Source: Trueperaceae bacterium (GTDB taxonomy: Bacteria; Deinococcota; Deinococci; Deinococcales; Trueperaceae). Taken from it: a DNA stretch of 64,000 nucleotides. The DNA lies in contig OZ243927.1 of the NCBI GenBank assembly GCA_965213925.1, positions 4,128,001 through 4,192,000 of the forward strand. Direction: 5' to 3'. Every line of letters begins with the position of its first letter. Positions within the stretch are counted from its first letter, which is position 1. Below are positions 10,208 through 21,051 of the stretch, piece after piece. The position numbers and the translations under genes are program-made. The notes beneath the pieces are model-generated. The model was given only the letters and a program-made list of their open reading frames with translations. It did no database searches and had not been told where the DNA came from.

Positions 10208-12427
10208 CTACTGAGCTTGGCTCAAGTCGTCGCTCGAGCGCGGCGCAGGCCGCGTATACTGCTCGATCTCGGCGGGCGAAATCTCTTTCCAGTAGATGAA
10301 GTTGCGCGGCGTGGTCTCGTCCGCGCGGGTCTCGGTGCGGCGGTCTACGGGGATGGTGATGGTGATGGGGCTGCCGATGCGCTGGCGCTGCGCGCCCGGT
10401 TGGTTGCTATCTACAAAAGCAACCCGCATACCGTTAGGCGAAGGCGCACCCGTCGCTAAATTGACGTTTCTAAAGACGATATTTTCAGGTGGTGTAAAGG
10501 AGCCTGCAGGCGTGCCCGTCAGCGCAGCCTGCGTGTAGCTTTGCCACAAGCGTACGGGCTGGCGAGAACTGTTTAAGCTCTCGCCGTCTGGCATGTTCTT
10601 CGCTAAGCTCCGGTTGTCGTCGTAGCCTATCCACACCGTCGTGGTCATCTCCGGTGTGGTGCCGACAAACCAGATGTCGCGGTCGCTGTTCGTGGTGCCG
10701 GTCTTACCGCCGACCCAACGCCCATCAATGACAGCGCGGTTAGAGAAGCCGTAAGGGGCGGTATCGGTCACGTTGCCGCGCAACATATCGAGCATGATGT
10801 ACGCGGTCTCTTCGCTCCACACCTGCGCCTCGCGCGGCTCCGCCTCATAAAGTACGTTGTCCTCTGCGTCGGTCACTTTGGCGATGAGGTGCGGTTCGAC
10901 GTGGACGCCGCCGTTGGCAAAAGCGCTAATCGCACTCGTATGTTGAAGTGGCGTCACTTCGAAAGAACCCAGGGCGATAGACGGATAGGGCTTCAAGTTT
11001 TCGTAGCCGAGTTCGGTGGCGCGCGCCACGACCTCTTCGGGTGTCACCGCCTCGACGAGCTTGGCGATCGGGATGTTGCGCGAGATATCGAGGTGATGAC
11101 GCAGCGTCTTCACGCCGACAAACTTCTCGTCGTGGTTTTTCGGCTCCCAGTCGGGGCGCCCCTTCTGCTTGAAGGTGGTCGGCTCGTCGCTGATGACGCT
11201 CGCTTGGGTGTAGTTGCCCTGCTCGATGGCGGTGGCGACGATGATCGGCTTAAAGGAACTGCCGGGCTGACGCCGCGCGTCGGTGGCGCGGTTGAAGTTG
11301 TCGTTGCCGCTCCCCTGCGGCGTGCCGCCGACCATCGCGAGGATGCGCCCGGAGGAGGGCTCCACGCTGACGATGGCGAGTTCCGCTTCTGGAGGCAAGT
11401 TGCCGCCGGGGTTCTCGGCCGTCCGGTTCGCCGCTTCTTGCTTCTGCACGTCGATGGTCGTGTAAATCTTTAAGCCGCCCGCGCCGAAGAGTCGGTTCTG
11501 ACCCAAACGCTGCGAAATCTCGTTGCGCACAGCGTACGCGACGTAGGGGTTGAGGTCGGACGAGACGCTCCGCGCCACCCGCGGCTGCGCGTCGGTGCGA
11601 CGGGGTTCGCCGACGATGTTGCCCGCTTCGTCGTACGCGACGTCCCAGCCGGTCGGCTCCAAGGGGTAGCGCCACGCTTGCTCCGCGATCTGGCTGCTCA
11701 CGACGCCCTGCTCGACCATGGTGTCGAGCACGACGCGCATGGCGCGGCGCGTAGCGGTGAAGTCGCCGTAGTTCGCCGACGGGGTTGGGATGAGCCGCGC
11801 GAGGTAGAGCGATTCGGCGAGGTTGAGTTCGATGGGGTCCTTGTCGAAGTAGGCTTTCGCGGCGGCGTGCACGCCGTAGAGGTTGCCGCCCCAATAGACC
11901 AAGTTGAGGTACTGCTGCAGGATTTCAGGCTTGGTCAAGCGGCGCTCGAGTTCCGTCGCCAACATGATCTCTTTCGCCTTGCGCTCCAGCGAACGCTCGT
12001 CCGAAATCCCTCTTAGCAAGGTGTTCTTGATGACCTGCGTGGAGATCGTCGAGCCGCCGCGCCCGCCGTCGCCTAAAAACTCCAAGTACGTCGCCTTGGC
12101 GATGCCGGGAATGTCGAAGCCGTAGTGCTCGAAAAACTGGTCGTCTTCGGAGGCGACCACCGCCCAGATCACAGCTGGCGAGACCTCATCTAAGGACACG
12201 TTCACGCGGTTGGTCAGCTCCCTGTCCTCGCCGATGTAGGGCAAAATCTCGCCGATGGGCTCGCCGTTGGCGGCGAAAATCTGCGAGGTGGCGGTGAACT
12301 CGAGCCCCTCGACTTCACTGATAGAGGGCAGCTCTTCCGCCCACTTAAACGCGGAGGCGGCTAGGAGCGCGGTAACGGACAGAACACCCGTCAAGATGAC
12401 GAGGAAGATTCCCTGGAGTACTTTCAC
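10208..12427 (-). CDS. Class A penicillin-binding protein (transglycosylase/transpeptidase)
   Basis: SEDDQFFEH.G.D, GGSTISTQVIKN, RKAKE, RQPGSSFKP, SRN, GKTGT. Confidence 0.95.
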   Translation of the reverse strand: MKVLQGIFLVILTGVLSVTALLAASAFKWAEELPSISEVEGLEFTATSQIFAANGEPIGEILPYIGEDRELTNRVNVSLDEVSPAVIWAVVASEDDQFFEHYGFDIPGIAKATYLEFLGDGGRGGSTISTQVIKNTLLRGISDERSLERKAKEIMLATELERRLTKPEILQQYLNLVYWGGNLYGVHAAAKAYFDKDPIELNLAESLYLARLIPTPSANYGDFTATRRAMRVVLDTMVEQGVVSSQIAEQAWRYPLEPTGWDVAYDEAGNIVGEPRRTDAQPRVARSVSSDLNPYVAYAVRNEISQRLGQNRLFGAGGLKIYTTIDVQKQEAANRTAENPGGNLPPEAELAIVSVEPSSGRILAMVGGTPQGSGNDNFNRATDARRQPGSSFKPIIVATAIEQGNYTQASVISDEPTTFKQKGRPDWEPKNHDEKFVGVKTLRHHLDISRNIPIAKLVEAVTPEEVVARATELGYENLKPYPSIALGSFEVTPLQHTSAISAFANGGVHVEPHLIAKVTDAEDNVLYEAEPREAQVWSEETAYIMLDMLRGNVTDTAPYGFSNRAVIDGRWVGGKTGTTNSDRDIWFVGTTPEMTTTVWIGYDDNRSLAKNMPDGESLNSSRQPVRLWQSYTQAALTGTPAGSFTPPENIVFRNVNLATGAPSPNGMRVAFVDSNQPGAQRQRIGSPITITIPVDRRTETRADETTPRNFIYWKEISPAEIEQYTRPAPRSSDDLSQAQ

Positions 12428-12504
12428 GCGACTATTGTAGCAAAGAGAACGGTGAGGTGGGGTTGCGGGGCGTCAAGAAAACTCACCTTTTCGTCTCTCT
12501 CCTA

Positions 12505-12814
12505 CTGAAGCGTTAAGTAAAAAATGAGTTGTGTCATTCTGAACCAGGTTAGAGCACCGTTCGTTCCTGCGGAAGCTAAAGCCACCAGCTTGACTGGAAA
12601 GCTCAGAGGCTCTTATAGGTTACGGTTGAAAACCGGACACTTTCAGTGTTTACCTGTGCCTTCACCTATGAAGCGAAGCGGAATGAAGAATCTCTGCATT
12701 TGCCTCTTCCCTGACAGAGATTGTGATGCGAGACCCCTCGGCTGCGCAAGGCTACGCCCGACTACGTGAACGGGGTGGCATTCGCGGATGCCGCAAACTT
12801 AACTAACAGTGTAC
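12505..12814 (+). mobile_element. MITE family A copy 2, with about 120-bp internal expansion
   Basis: AGCGTTAAGT (degenerate left end)...GTCATTCTGAAC...GAAGAATCTC...GAGACCCC...GGGGTGGCA...AACTAACAGTGTAC. Confidence 0.8.
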
Positions 12815-12852
12815 TACCTGTAAATTCTAAAAGATAAGGCTATACTGGCACG

Positions 12853-14103
12853 ATGACTGACATTCACATGCAGACCCTCCCCAACGGCTTGACCTTAGTC
12901 GCCGAGCCGATGCCCTGGCTTCCCTCGGCGAGTTTTAGCCTCTTGATGCCGGTGGGCGCGGCGGGCGACCCGGCAGGACAAGAGGGCAGCGCGACGGTGC
13001 TCAACGACTGGCTCTACCGGGGCGCAGGCGAGCGAGATTCGCGCGAATTCTCGGACGCTTTGGACGACCTGGGCGTGCGGCGCGGCGGCGGCGCGGGCAC
13101 GGAGTACGCCACGCTCTCCGCGTCGCTCTTGGCGGACGCGCTGCCCGAAACGCTGAAGCTCTACGCGGACATGGTGCGCCGTCCGCGCTTAGAGGACGAG
13201 ACCTTCGAGTCGGCGCGGACCTTGGCTCTACAAGAGCTGTGGTCGCTGGACGACAACCCGACGCAGCGGCTCTTTATCGCGCTCTCGAAGTCCTACTTCG
13301 CGTCGGGGCAAGGGCGCAGCGCATACGGGACGGAAGAGGGACTCAAAGGCTTGAGCGCCGAGAGCGTCCGGCAGGATTACGCGCGCCGCGTCGCGCCCAA
13401 AGGCGCTATCTTGAGCGTCGCGGGCGGCGTCCGTTGGGAGGACCTCTTGTCACAAGTGCAAGAGGTCTTCGGCGACTGGCAGGGCGACGGCACCCCGCTA
13501 CCCGAAGCGGAACTCGCGCCGCAGCATTCTGAACATATCCAAGCGGACACCTCGCAGACGCAGATCGGCGTGGCGTTCGCGGGGGTCGCGCCCGGCTCGG
13601 ACGACTGGTACAAGCACGCGCTCGCGACGGGCGTGCTGAGCGGGGGGATGGGCTCTCGGCTCTTCACCGAAGTGCGCGAAAAGCGCGGCTTGGTCTATAG
13701 CGTCGCCGCGGTCAACCGCGCCGTGCGCGGCTTCGGCTACACGCTAGGCTACGCCGGGACGACGCCCGAGCGCGCCGACGAAACCCTGCGCGTCCTCCTA
13801 AACGAACTCTCCAAACTCCGTAAAGGCGTCTCCGAGGACGAGTTGGAGCGTTCGCGCAGCGGGCTCTTATCCAACCTCGTCATGCAGGGCGAGTCGAGCG
13901 GCGCGCGCGCGTCGGCGATGGCTCGAGACACCTTTCTCCTAGGCGAGCCGCGCCCCGTGAGCGAGGTCAAGGAGGGCGTGCAAGGGACCTCTTTAGACGA
14001 GGTCAACCTCTTTCTAGGTGAGCGCCCCGAGCCCGACTTCACCGTCTTGACCCTCGGACCCCAAGAGGTCACGGACGTAACGACAGAAGAGGTATCCGCA
14101 TGA
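12853..14103 (+). CDS. M16 family peptidase subunit lacking the HxxEH motif
   Basis: TLPNGL start, G.ATVLNDW replaces HxxEH, SRLFTEVREKRGLVYSV. TATACT box 6 nt before ATG. Confidence 0.9.
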   Translation: MTDIHMQTLPNGLTLVAEPMPWLPSASFSLLMPVGAAGDPAGQEGSATVLNDWLYRGAGERDSREFSDALDDLGVRRGGGAGTEYATLSASLLADALPETLKLYADMVRRPRLEDETFESARTLALQELWSLDDNPTQRLFIALSKSYFASGQGRSAYGTEEGLKGLSAESVRQDYARRVAPKGAILSVAGGVRWEDLLSQVQEVFGDWQGDGTPLPEAELAPQHSEHIQADTSQTQIGVAFAGVAPGSDDWYKHALATGVLSGGMGSRLFTEVREKRGLVYSVAAVNRAVRGFGYTLGYAGTTPERADETLRVLLNELSKLRKGVSEDELERSRSGLLSNLVMQGESSGARASAMARDTFLLGEPRPVSEVKEGVQGTSLDEVNLFLGERPEPDFTVLTLGPQEVTDVTTEEVSA

Positions 14104-15329
14104 GCTTGACCTTTCAGAAGACCACCCTGGACAACGGGCTCACCATCGTCGGTGAGCACAACCCGCGAGCGCAGTCCTTCGCGGCGGGCTACTTCGTCAA
14201 GACGGGCTCGCGCGACGAAACCGAAGAGGTCTCGGGCGTCTCGCACTTTTTAGAGCACATGATGTTTAAGGGGACAGAAAGACGCAGCCCCGCCGACATC
14301 AACCGCGAATTCGACGAACTCGGCGCGAACTACAACGCTTATACCAGCGACGAGCGCACGGTCTACTACGGCGCGGTCTTGCCCGAACGCGCGCCCAAGC
14401 TCCTCGACCTGCTCTCGGACATGATGCGCCCCGCCTTGCGCCAAGAGGACTTCGACCTGGAGAAGAACGTAATTTTAGAGGAGATCGCCATGTACGAAGA
14501 CCGCCCCGGCTTCAAGGTCTTCGAGGAGGGCAACGCGCGCTACTACAACGGGCATCCGCTGGGCAACTCCGTTTTAGGCTCCACCGACTCGATCCGCGCC
14601 TTGGAGCGCGAGCAGATGCTGCGCTACTTTGAGGAGCGCTACGCGGCGGACAACCTCATCTTGACGGTGGCGGGCAACTACGACTGGGACGCGCTCACCT
14701 CGCAAGTGAGCACCCTGACCTCAGCTTGGGAGCCGAGCAACCCGACGCGGAGCCACCCGGACCTCGAGCCCAACACCGAGAACGTCACCCTGGAGAACGC
14801 CCGTTTGAAGCGCGTCCACGTCGCGAGCTACGCGCCCGGCGTGAGCGCCCAAGACGAGCTGCGCTACGCGGCGAGCGTGCTGGCGAGCTGCGTCGGCGAC
14901 TCGAGCGGCTCCAGGCTCTACTGGTCTCTAGTGGACAACGGCCTCGCCGAGAGCGCCAGCCTCTCGCACGACAGCGCCGACGGCGCGGGCGTCTTCATCG
15001 GCTACCTCTCGACCGGACCAGGCGAGTTGGACAAGGTTCTGGGGATTTACCGCGACGTGCTTAAAGAGGTGCAAGAGGGGGGCGTGAACGAGAACGAGTG
15101 GAGCCGAGCGCAGCGCAAGCTCGCCACCGGGCTCACCTTGCGCGGCGAGACGCCCTTCGGCCGGCTCATGTCGCTGGGCTCGAGCTACCAGTACTTGGGC
15201 GAATACTACGCCGTCCAGGACGTGGTGGACGCCATCATGAACACGTCCACCGAGGACGCGCAGCGCCTCCTGGCGCGGAGACCTTTCGACAACCTCTTTA
15301 CGCTCACCTTAAAGCCAGCGCAGAACTAG
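14100..15329 (+). CDS. M16 family zinc peptidase, catalytic subunit
   Basis: GSRDE...GVSHFLEHMMFKGT, NAYTS.E.T.YY, EKNVILEEI. ATGA coupling to the upstream gene. Confidence 0.94.
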   Translation: MSLTFQKTTLDNGLTIVGEHNPRAQSFAAGYFVKTGSRDETEEVSGVSHFLEHMMFKGTERRSPADINREFDELGANYNAYTSDERTVYYGAVLPERAPKLLDLLSDMMRPALRQEDFDLEKNVILEEIAMYEDRPGFKVFEEGNARYYNGHPLGNSVLGSTDSIRALEREQMLRYFEERYAADNLILTVAGNYDWDALTSQVSTLTSAWEPSNPTRSHPDLEPNTENVTLENARLKRVHVASYAPGVSAQDELRYAASVLASCVGDSSGSRLYWSLVDNGLAESASLSHDSADGAGVFIGYLSTGPGELDKVLGIYRDVLKEVQEGGVNENEWSRAQRKLATGLTLRGETPFGRLMSLGSSYQYLGEYYAVQDVVDAIMNTSTEDAQRLLARRPFDNLFTLTLKPAQN

Positions 15330-15432
15330 ACGTCGCGGAGCAGCGCGGTCGCAGATATGGACGTGTGCGCTGCTCCTTAGAGATTTACGCAGTTACCGCG
15401 TTGTTCCCCCTGAATTCTCACGACCGAGCTAA

Positions 15433-15600
15433 GTACACCGTCAACTAAAGAATGAGTGATGTCATTCTGAACGTAGCGGTAGCGAAGTGAAAGAATCTCG
15501 TCTTCCATTCCCAACTAACCGAGATTGCGGGACGAGACCCTTACGCATTCGCTCAGGGTGACATCAGTAGGAAAGTATTAATACTTAGTTGACAGTGTAC
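15433..15600 (+). mobile_element. MITE family A copy 3
   Basis: TIR GTACACCGTCAACTAA/TTAGTTGACAGTGTAC (1 mismatch), TAA on both flanks, core GTCATTCTGAACG...GAATCTCGTC...GACGAGACCC...CGCTCAGGGTGAC. Confidence 0.9.
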
Positions 15601-15613
15601 TAAGAAGATGACC

Positions 15614-16444
15614 TCAGGCGGAAGCGTCGGCTTCCGCCTCCAACTTCTCCCCGCAATACTTGCAGTGCGCCGCGTCCTCGTCGTGTCCAGTGTGCCCGCA
15701 GTTGGGACACTGTGAGCCCTTACTTTCCTTGTCGGCTCTCGAGAGTTCCGAGGTCACAATCCCAGTTGGCACCGCGATAATCCCATAGCCGATGATCATC
15801 ACGAACGCCGAGAGCGTCTGTCCGAGCGGCGTCTGCGGCGAGATGTCGCCGTAGCCTACCGTCGTCAGCGTGACTATAGCCCAGTAGATGCTCTTGGGAA
15901 TGCTCGTAAAGCCGTTCTCCGCCCCCTCGACCACGTACATGAGCGCCCCGATGATCATCACGATCGTCACGACGGTTCCCAAAAAGACCGTGATTTTAGG
16001 CGTGCTGGCTTGGAGCGCCCGCCTGAGCACGCTCGCCTCGCCTAGAAACCGCGCCAGCTTGAGGATGCGAAAGACGCGCAAGAGCCGCAAGGAGCGCACC
16101 ACGATGAGGTACTGCGAGCCCAAAAGAAAGAGGCTCAAGTAGCCGGGCAAAATCGCCAAGAGGTCCACGACGCCGAAAAAGCTCGTGACGTAGCGTAAAC
16201 GCTTGCGCGCCGTATAGATGCGGAGCGCGTACTCGACCGTAAAAAGAATCGTAAATGTCCACTCCGCCACGCGCAACGCGCCGCCGTAGGCTTCGCGAAT
16301 CCAAGGCACGCTCTCCAACATCACCAAGATGATGCTCAGCACGATGAGGATGAGAATCACGATATCGAAGAGCTTGTCGGGCGGGCGCTCGTGCTCGAAG
16401 ATGATGTCGCCTAAGCGCCGCCTGACCTTTTGCCGGGACTCCAT
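15614..16444 (-). CDS. Voltage-gated K+ channel-like ion transporter with C-terminal zinc ribbon
   Basis: S4 RSLRLLRVFRILKL, filter TTVGYGD, CPNC...CKYCG. Confidence 0.93.
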   Translation of the reverse strand: MESRQKVRRRLGDIIFEHERPPDKLFDIVILILIVLSIILVMLESVPWIREAYGGALRVAEWTFTILFTVEYALRIYTARKRLRYVTSFFGVVDLLAILPGYLSLFLLGSQYLIVVRSLRLLRVFRILKLARFLGEASVLRRALQASTPKITVFLGTVVTIVMIIGALMYVVEGAENGFTSIPKSIYWAIVTLTTVGYGDISPQTPLGQTLSAFVMIIGYGIIAVPTGIVTSELSRADKESKGSQCPNCGHTGHDEDAAHCKYCGEKLEAEADASA

Positions 16445-16529
16445 AACGCCCCATTCTACCGCCCCGGTCGGGGTGGTAGAGTGTCGGTGCGACCTACCTC
16501 ATGGACGCCCAAACGCTGGAGAGACCTCT

Positions 16530-17492
16530 ATGTCCGACACCGATACCGAAGCGCAAAGCGAACCCGAAACCGAGTCGGAAAGCCCGGTCGCCGTCCTCGC
16601 GGCGATCGCGGCGAACTTGACCATCGCCATTGCCAAATTCGTCGCTGCCGCCATCTCCGGCTCTTCGGCGATGATCGCCGAGGCGATCCACTCGCTCGTG
16701 GATACGGGCAACCAGCTCCTGCTTCTTCTAGGCATCCGCCGCAGCAAAAAGCCCGCCGACGAGCGTCACCCCTTCGGCTACGGCAAAGAACTCTACTTCT
16801 GGAGCCTCATCGTCTCGGTCCTCCTCTTCGGGCTCGGCGCGGGCATCTCCATCTACGAAGGCGTCAAGCACATTTTAGAGCCGCACCCCATCGGCGACAT
16901 CAAAGCGACCGCGTTCGTCCTCGCCATCGCCTTTTTCGCGGAAGGGTTCTCGCTGCTGACCGCCCTTAAAGAGTTGCGCAAAGAGAACCCGGACAGGGGC
17001 TTTTGGGAGGCGATGGAGAAGAGCAAGAACCCGGCCGTTTTCGTCGTCGTGGCGGAGGACTCGGCGGCGCTTATCGGCATTGCGCTAGCGGCCCTCGGCG
17101 TGGGGCTCGGCTACGTCCTGGAAAACCCGATCATCGACGGTGTCGCCACCATCCTCATCGGGGTGGTGCTAGGCACGGTGGCCGTCTTCCTCGTCTACGA
17201 GAGTAAAAAGCTCTTGGTCGGGGAGGGCGCGGACCAAGAGACGATTGACGGGCTCAAAGAGATTTTGGAGGCGGACGAGTCCACCGAACGGTTCAACCCG
17301 CCCTTCACCATGCACTTAGCGCCTAAAGAGGTCTTGCTGACGCTCGAGGTAGACTTCAAATCGTCCTTCTCTGCAGACGAGGCGGAGGAGGCGATCGACA
17401 GGCTCGAGCGTAAAATCAGAGACAAATATCCGGAGATGAAGCACATCTTCGTCGAGGTGGAGTCGCGCAGGCGGGGTGCGTTGCAATCCTGA
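16530..17492 (+). CDS. Cation diffusion facilitator (CDF) transporter, paralog 1
   Basis: GSSAM.AE.IHSLVDTGNQ, HPFGYGKE.YFWS, EDSAA. Start set at ATG 16530 behind GGAGA. Confidence 0.92.
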   Translation: MSDTDTEAQSEPETESESPVAVLAAIAANLTIAIAKFVAAAISGSSAMIAEAIHSLVDTGNQLLLLLGIRRSKKPADERHPFGYGKELYFWSLIVSVLLFGLGAGISIYEGVKHILEPHPIGDIKATAFVLAIAFFAEGFSLLTALKELRKENPDRGFWEAMEKSKNPAVFVVVAEDSAALIGIALAALGVGLGYVLENPIIDGVATILIGVVLGTVAVFLVYESKKLLVGEGADQETIDGLKEILEADESTERFNPPFTMHLAPKEVLLTLEVDFKSSFSADEAEEAIDRLERKIRDKYPEMKHIFVEVESRRRGALQS

Positions 17493-17545
17493 AGGTAGCA
17501 TCACGTTAAGCTGTAACAAAATTTAGGGATACCAAAGGGGTCATC

Positions 17546-18493
17546 ATGGCTGGAGAGAAACCGATCGCCGTCTACGGAGCGGCAGCCGCCAACGGCATCA
17601 TCGCCATCACCAAGTTCGTCGCCGCAGGCTTCACCGGCTCCTCCGCGATGGCGGCGGAGGGCATCCACTCGGTGGTGGACACGGGCAACCAACTCCTCAT
17701 CTTGTTCGGCATCAAGCGCAGCAAGACGCCCGCCGACGAGCGCCACCCCTTCGGCTACGGCAAAGAACTCTACTTCTGGAGCCTCATCGTCGCCATGCTG
17801 CTCTTCGGCATCGGCGGCGGCATGTCGATGTACGAAGGCATCAGGCATTTTCGGCACCCGTCCGAACTGGGCGACCCGACCTGGAATTACTGGGTTTTGG
17901 GTATCGCTTTGGTGGTTGAGTCCGTCGCGTGGTGGCTCGCGCTCAAAGAACTTCTTAAGTCTCAGGGCGAGCGTTCGCTCTGGCAAGCCTTACGTGAGAG
18001 TAAGGACCCAGCGGTCTTTATCGTTTTAGGCGAAGATACGGCGGCGATGCTCGGGCTCATCGTCGCGTTTTTCGGTGTTTACTTGGGACACCGTTTCGAC
18101 AACCCTGCCTTCGACGGTATCGCCTCGATCATCATCGGCTTTATTCTCGCGGCGGTGGCGGTCTTTTTAGCGTACGAGAGCAAGGGTCTCCTCATTGGGG
18201 AGAGCGCCGACCTCAAAGTCGTAAGAGGGATTCAAGAGATCGGCATGCAGGACGAAGCGGTCGCGGAGGTCGCGCCGCCCCTGACCATGTACCTCGCGCC
18301 CAGAGAGGTCTTGCTGACGCTCGAGGTCGACTTCAAGAACAACCTCTCCGCCGAAGAGGTCGAGCAAGCAATAGATAGGCTAGAAAAGCGCATCCGCGAG
18401 CAGTACCCACAAGTCAAACGCATCTTCATCGAAGCGGAATCGCTCAAACGTAAGAGCGACCCGGATAATATCTCCACCTCCGCAGAAGTGTAG
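17546..18493 (+). CDS. Cation diffusion facilitator (CDF) transporter, paralog 2
   Basis: Same motifs: HSVVDTGNQ, HPFGYGKE, EDTAA. Confidence 0.93.
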   Translation: MAGEKPIAVYGAAAANGIIAITKFVAAGFTGSSAMAAEGIHSVVDTGNQLLILFGIKRSKTPADERHPFGYGKELYFWSLIVAMLLFGIGGGMSMYEGIRHFRHPSELGDPTWNYWVLGIALVVESVAWWLALKELLKSQGERSLWQALRESKDPAVFIVLGEDTAAMLGLIVAFFGVYLGHRFDNPAFDGIASIIIGFILAAVAVFLAYESKGLLIGESADLKVVRGIQEIGMQDEAVAEVAPPLTMYLAPREVLLTLEVDFKNNLSAEEVEQAIDRLEKRIREQYPQVKRIFIEAESLKRKSDPDNISTSAEV

Positions 18494-18502
18494 ACCCTTT
18501 TC

Positions 18503-18925
18503 ATGCCCCTCCTGGTTGCTCTATTCTGTCTCCTAACAGGAGGGGTTATGGCTCAGATCGACTTTAGTAACTACAAGTGGCAAAACCGCTTGCTGCTCAT
18601 CTTCGCGCCTTCACCGGAATATGAGGAGGCACGGGCGCAGCAACGTCTTTTTGAGGGTCAGGAGGCGGAGCTTAGAGACCGCGATCTGCTCGTCGCTTAC
18701 CTCTTTCAAGAAGAAGGGCGCATAGAAGATGAAATGTTATCCGCCGAAGACGTGACCTCTTTGCGCGAGCGCTACGGCGTGGCGGAGGATGACTTTATCG
18801 TCCTCTTGATTGGCAAAGACGGCACGGCGAAAGAGCGCTTGGAGGAGCCGGTGGAGCCCGCCGACCTCTTTGAGACGATTGACGCGATGCCGATGCGACA
18901 AAGGGAGATGGAGGAGGGGGAGTAG
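18503..18925 (+). CDS. DUF4174-like secreted protein
   Basis: Signal-like N-terminus; YKWQNRLLLIFAPS, F..LLIGKDG..K, F.TIDAMPMRQREM. Confidence 0.8.
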   Translation: MPLLVALFCLLTGGVMAQIDFSNYKWQNRLLLIFAPSPEYEEARAQQRLFEGQEAELRDRDLLVAYLFQEEGRIEDEMLSAEDVTSLRERYGVAEDDFIVLLIGKDGTAKERLEEPVEPADLFETIDAMPMRQREMEEGE

Positions 18926-18956
18926 GTTGGTTTCTCGAGCCTTCTACACGTAAAAA

Positions 18957-20999
18957 TCAGCGCTTACCAACTCGAGCCCTTGCTTTCGGCTTCTGCCCCG
19001 GCACCTCCACCAGCGCCACCTCACGCCCTTGCAGCTTCGCCTCCACCTCACGAATGCGGTCTCGAATCGCCGCCGCCCGCTCGAAATCGAGGTCTTCGGA
19101 CGCCTGCCACATCTCGTTCTCCAAGAGGGCAAGTTCTTGCTTCATATCGTCCTGAGCTAACTCGCGCTCCCAGGGGGCGAGCTTCTCGGGCGGCGCTTCG
19201 CCTTCGTCGCTCTCGCCGCGAATGACGTTGCGGATGTTTTTGCGGATGCTTTCAGGGGTGATGCCGTGCTCGGCGTTATAGGCGAGCTGTTTGTTGCGGC
19301 GGCGCTCGGTCTCGTCCATCGCGTCGCGCATGGCGTCAGAAATCACATCGGCGTACAAGAAGACCTCGCCGCGCACATTGCGAGCGGCGCGTCCGATGGT
19401 TTGGATGAGGGAACGTTCGGAACGCAGAAAGCCCGTCTTATCCGCGTCCAAAATCGCCACGAGCGAGACCTCGGGCAGGTCGAGCCCTTCGCGCAAGAGG
19501 TTGATGCCAATGAGCACGTCGAAGTGACCTAAACGCAAATCGCGGATGATGACTTGGCGCTCCACCGCGTCGATATCCGAGTGCATGTAGCGCACCCGAA
19601 CGCCTTGCTGCGCGAAGTATTCGGTCAAATCTTCGGACATCTTCTTAGTGAGCGTGGTAACGAGGACGCGCTCACCCTTTTCGGCGCGGTCGCGGATGGC
19701 GAAGACGAGGTCGTCGATCTGTCCGCGTGAGGGCTTCACCGTGATCGCAGGGTCTACGAGTCCGGTAGGACGGATGATCTGCTCGACCACCTTGTCCGAC
19801 AGTTCTTTTTCGGCGTTGCTGGGCGTCGCGGAGACGAAGATGACCTGCCCAACCCTGGTCTTAAACTCGTCCTCCTTGAGGGGGCGGTTATCCAGGGCGG
19901 CGGGCAAGCGGAAGCCGTAATCCACCAGCGTCTGCTTGCGGGCGCGGTCGCCATTATACATGCCGCGAATCTGCGGGAGCATCACGTGGGACTCGTCCAA
20001 AAAGGTGATGAAGTCGTCGGGGAAGTAATCCAAGAGCGTGTGGGGCGGTGCGCCGGGCTGCCGCCCGTCCAGGTAACGCGAGTAGTTCTCGATGCCGGAG
20101 CAGTAGCCCAAGGTTTTGAGCATCTCGAGGTCGTACATGGTGCGCTCTTTGAGCCGCTGCTTCTCTAAAAGTTTTTCGGACTTCTCGAAGAATTTAAGGC
20201 GGTCCTCGAGGTCGTATTCGATGTGTTTAACGGCGGGCTCGAGCTGGTCATAAGGTGTGACGTAATGCTTCGCTGGGAAGATGGTCGTGGACTCTAACTC
20301 CGCAAGCTCGTTGCCCGTAACCGGGTCGGTCATCACGAGGCGGTCAATCTCGTCGCCCCAGAGTTCGATGCGTAAAGGAGCCTCGTCGTACGCCGCCCAA
20401 ATCTCGATAACGTCGCCCTTGACCCGGAAGCGCCCGTTGGCGAGTTCGATATCGTTGCGTTCGTACTGCTGGGTGATAAAGCGCTCTAGGATTTCGTCCC
20501 TGGACAAGGTCATGCCGACCTTCAAGATGAGGTTGAGCTGCTTATACGTGTCGGGCGAGCCCAAACCGTAGATCGCGGAGACCGACGCGACGACGATGGT
20601 GTCGTTTCTCGTCAAGAGGTTGCGCGTCGAGGAGTGGCGGAGCCGCTCTAACTCCATGTTGATGTTCGCGTCTTTTTCGATGAAGAGGTCTCGAGCCGGA
20701 ACATAGGCCTCGGGCTGATAATAGTCGTAGTACGAGATGAAGAACTCGACCGCCGCGCCCGGAAAGAAGTCGCGGAACTCCGCGGCGAGCTGCGCGGTTA
20801 AGATTTTGTTCGGCGCTAAGATTAGAGCGGGGCGCTGCACCTCTTCGATAATCTTCGCCATCGTGAAGGTTTTACCCGTGCCCGTCGCGCCTAGAAGCGT
20901 CTGGTAGCGCAGCCCATCCTCCAAGCCTTCGACTAAGCCTTTGATGGCGGTGGGTTGGTCACCTCTCGGGCTGAACGGGGAACTTACAGTGAGCGCCAT
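18957..20999 (-). CDS. uvrB: Excinuclease ABC subunit B
   Basis: [55 protein letters not shown]. Confidence 0.99.
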   Translation of the reverse strand: MALTVSSPFSPRGDQPTAIKGLVEGLEDGLRYQTLLGATGTGKTFTMAKIIEEVQRPALILAPNKILTAQLAAEFRDFFPGAAVEFFISYYDYYQPEAYVPARDLFIEKDANINMELERLRHSSTRNLLTRNDTIVVASVSAIYGLGSPDTYKQLNLILKVGMTLSRDEILERFITQQYERNDIELANGRFRVKGDVIEIWAAYDEAPLRIELWGDEIDRLVMTDPVTGNELAELESTTIFPAKHYVTPYDQLEPAVKHIEYDLEDRLKFFEKSEKLLEKQRLKERTMYDLEMLKTLGYCSGIENYSRYLDGRQPGAPPHTLLDYFPDDFITFLDESHVMLPQIRGMYNGDRARKQTLVDYGFRLPAALDNRPLKEDEFKTRVGQVIFVSATPSNAEKELSDKVVEQIIRPTGLVDPAITVKPSRGQIDDLVFAIRDRAEKGERVLVTTLTKKMSEDLTEYFAQQGVRVRYMHSDIDAVERQVIIRDLRLGHFDVLIGINLLREGLDLPEVSLVAILDADKTGFLRSERSLIQTIGRAARNVRGEVFLYADVISDAMRDAMDETERRRNKQLAYNAEHGITPESIRKNIRNVIRGESDEGEAPPEKLAPWERELAQDDMKQELALLENEMWQASEDLDFERAAAIRDRIREVEAKLQGREVALVEVPGQKPKARARVGKR

Positions 21000-21051
21000 A
21001 AGGTCTATTGTACGTCCGCAGCCCTGCTATTACTGTTGCTTACGAGGAAAA

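Noticed and set aside
17501..17986. Long antisense or alternate-frame ORFs (also 9270-10100, 11250-11894, 29715-30530, 31321-32199, 57701-58297)
   Set aside because: Shadow ORFs of well-supported genes, expected at high GC, with no recognisable motifs.
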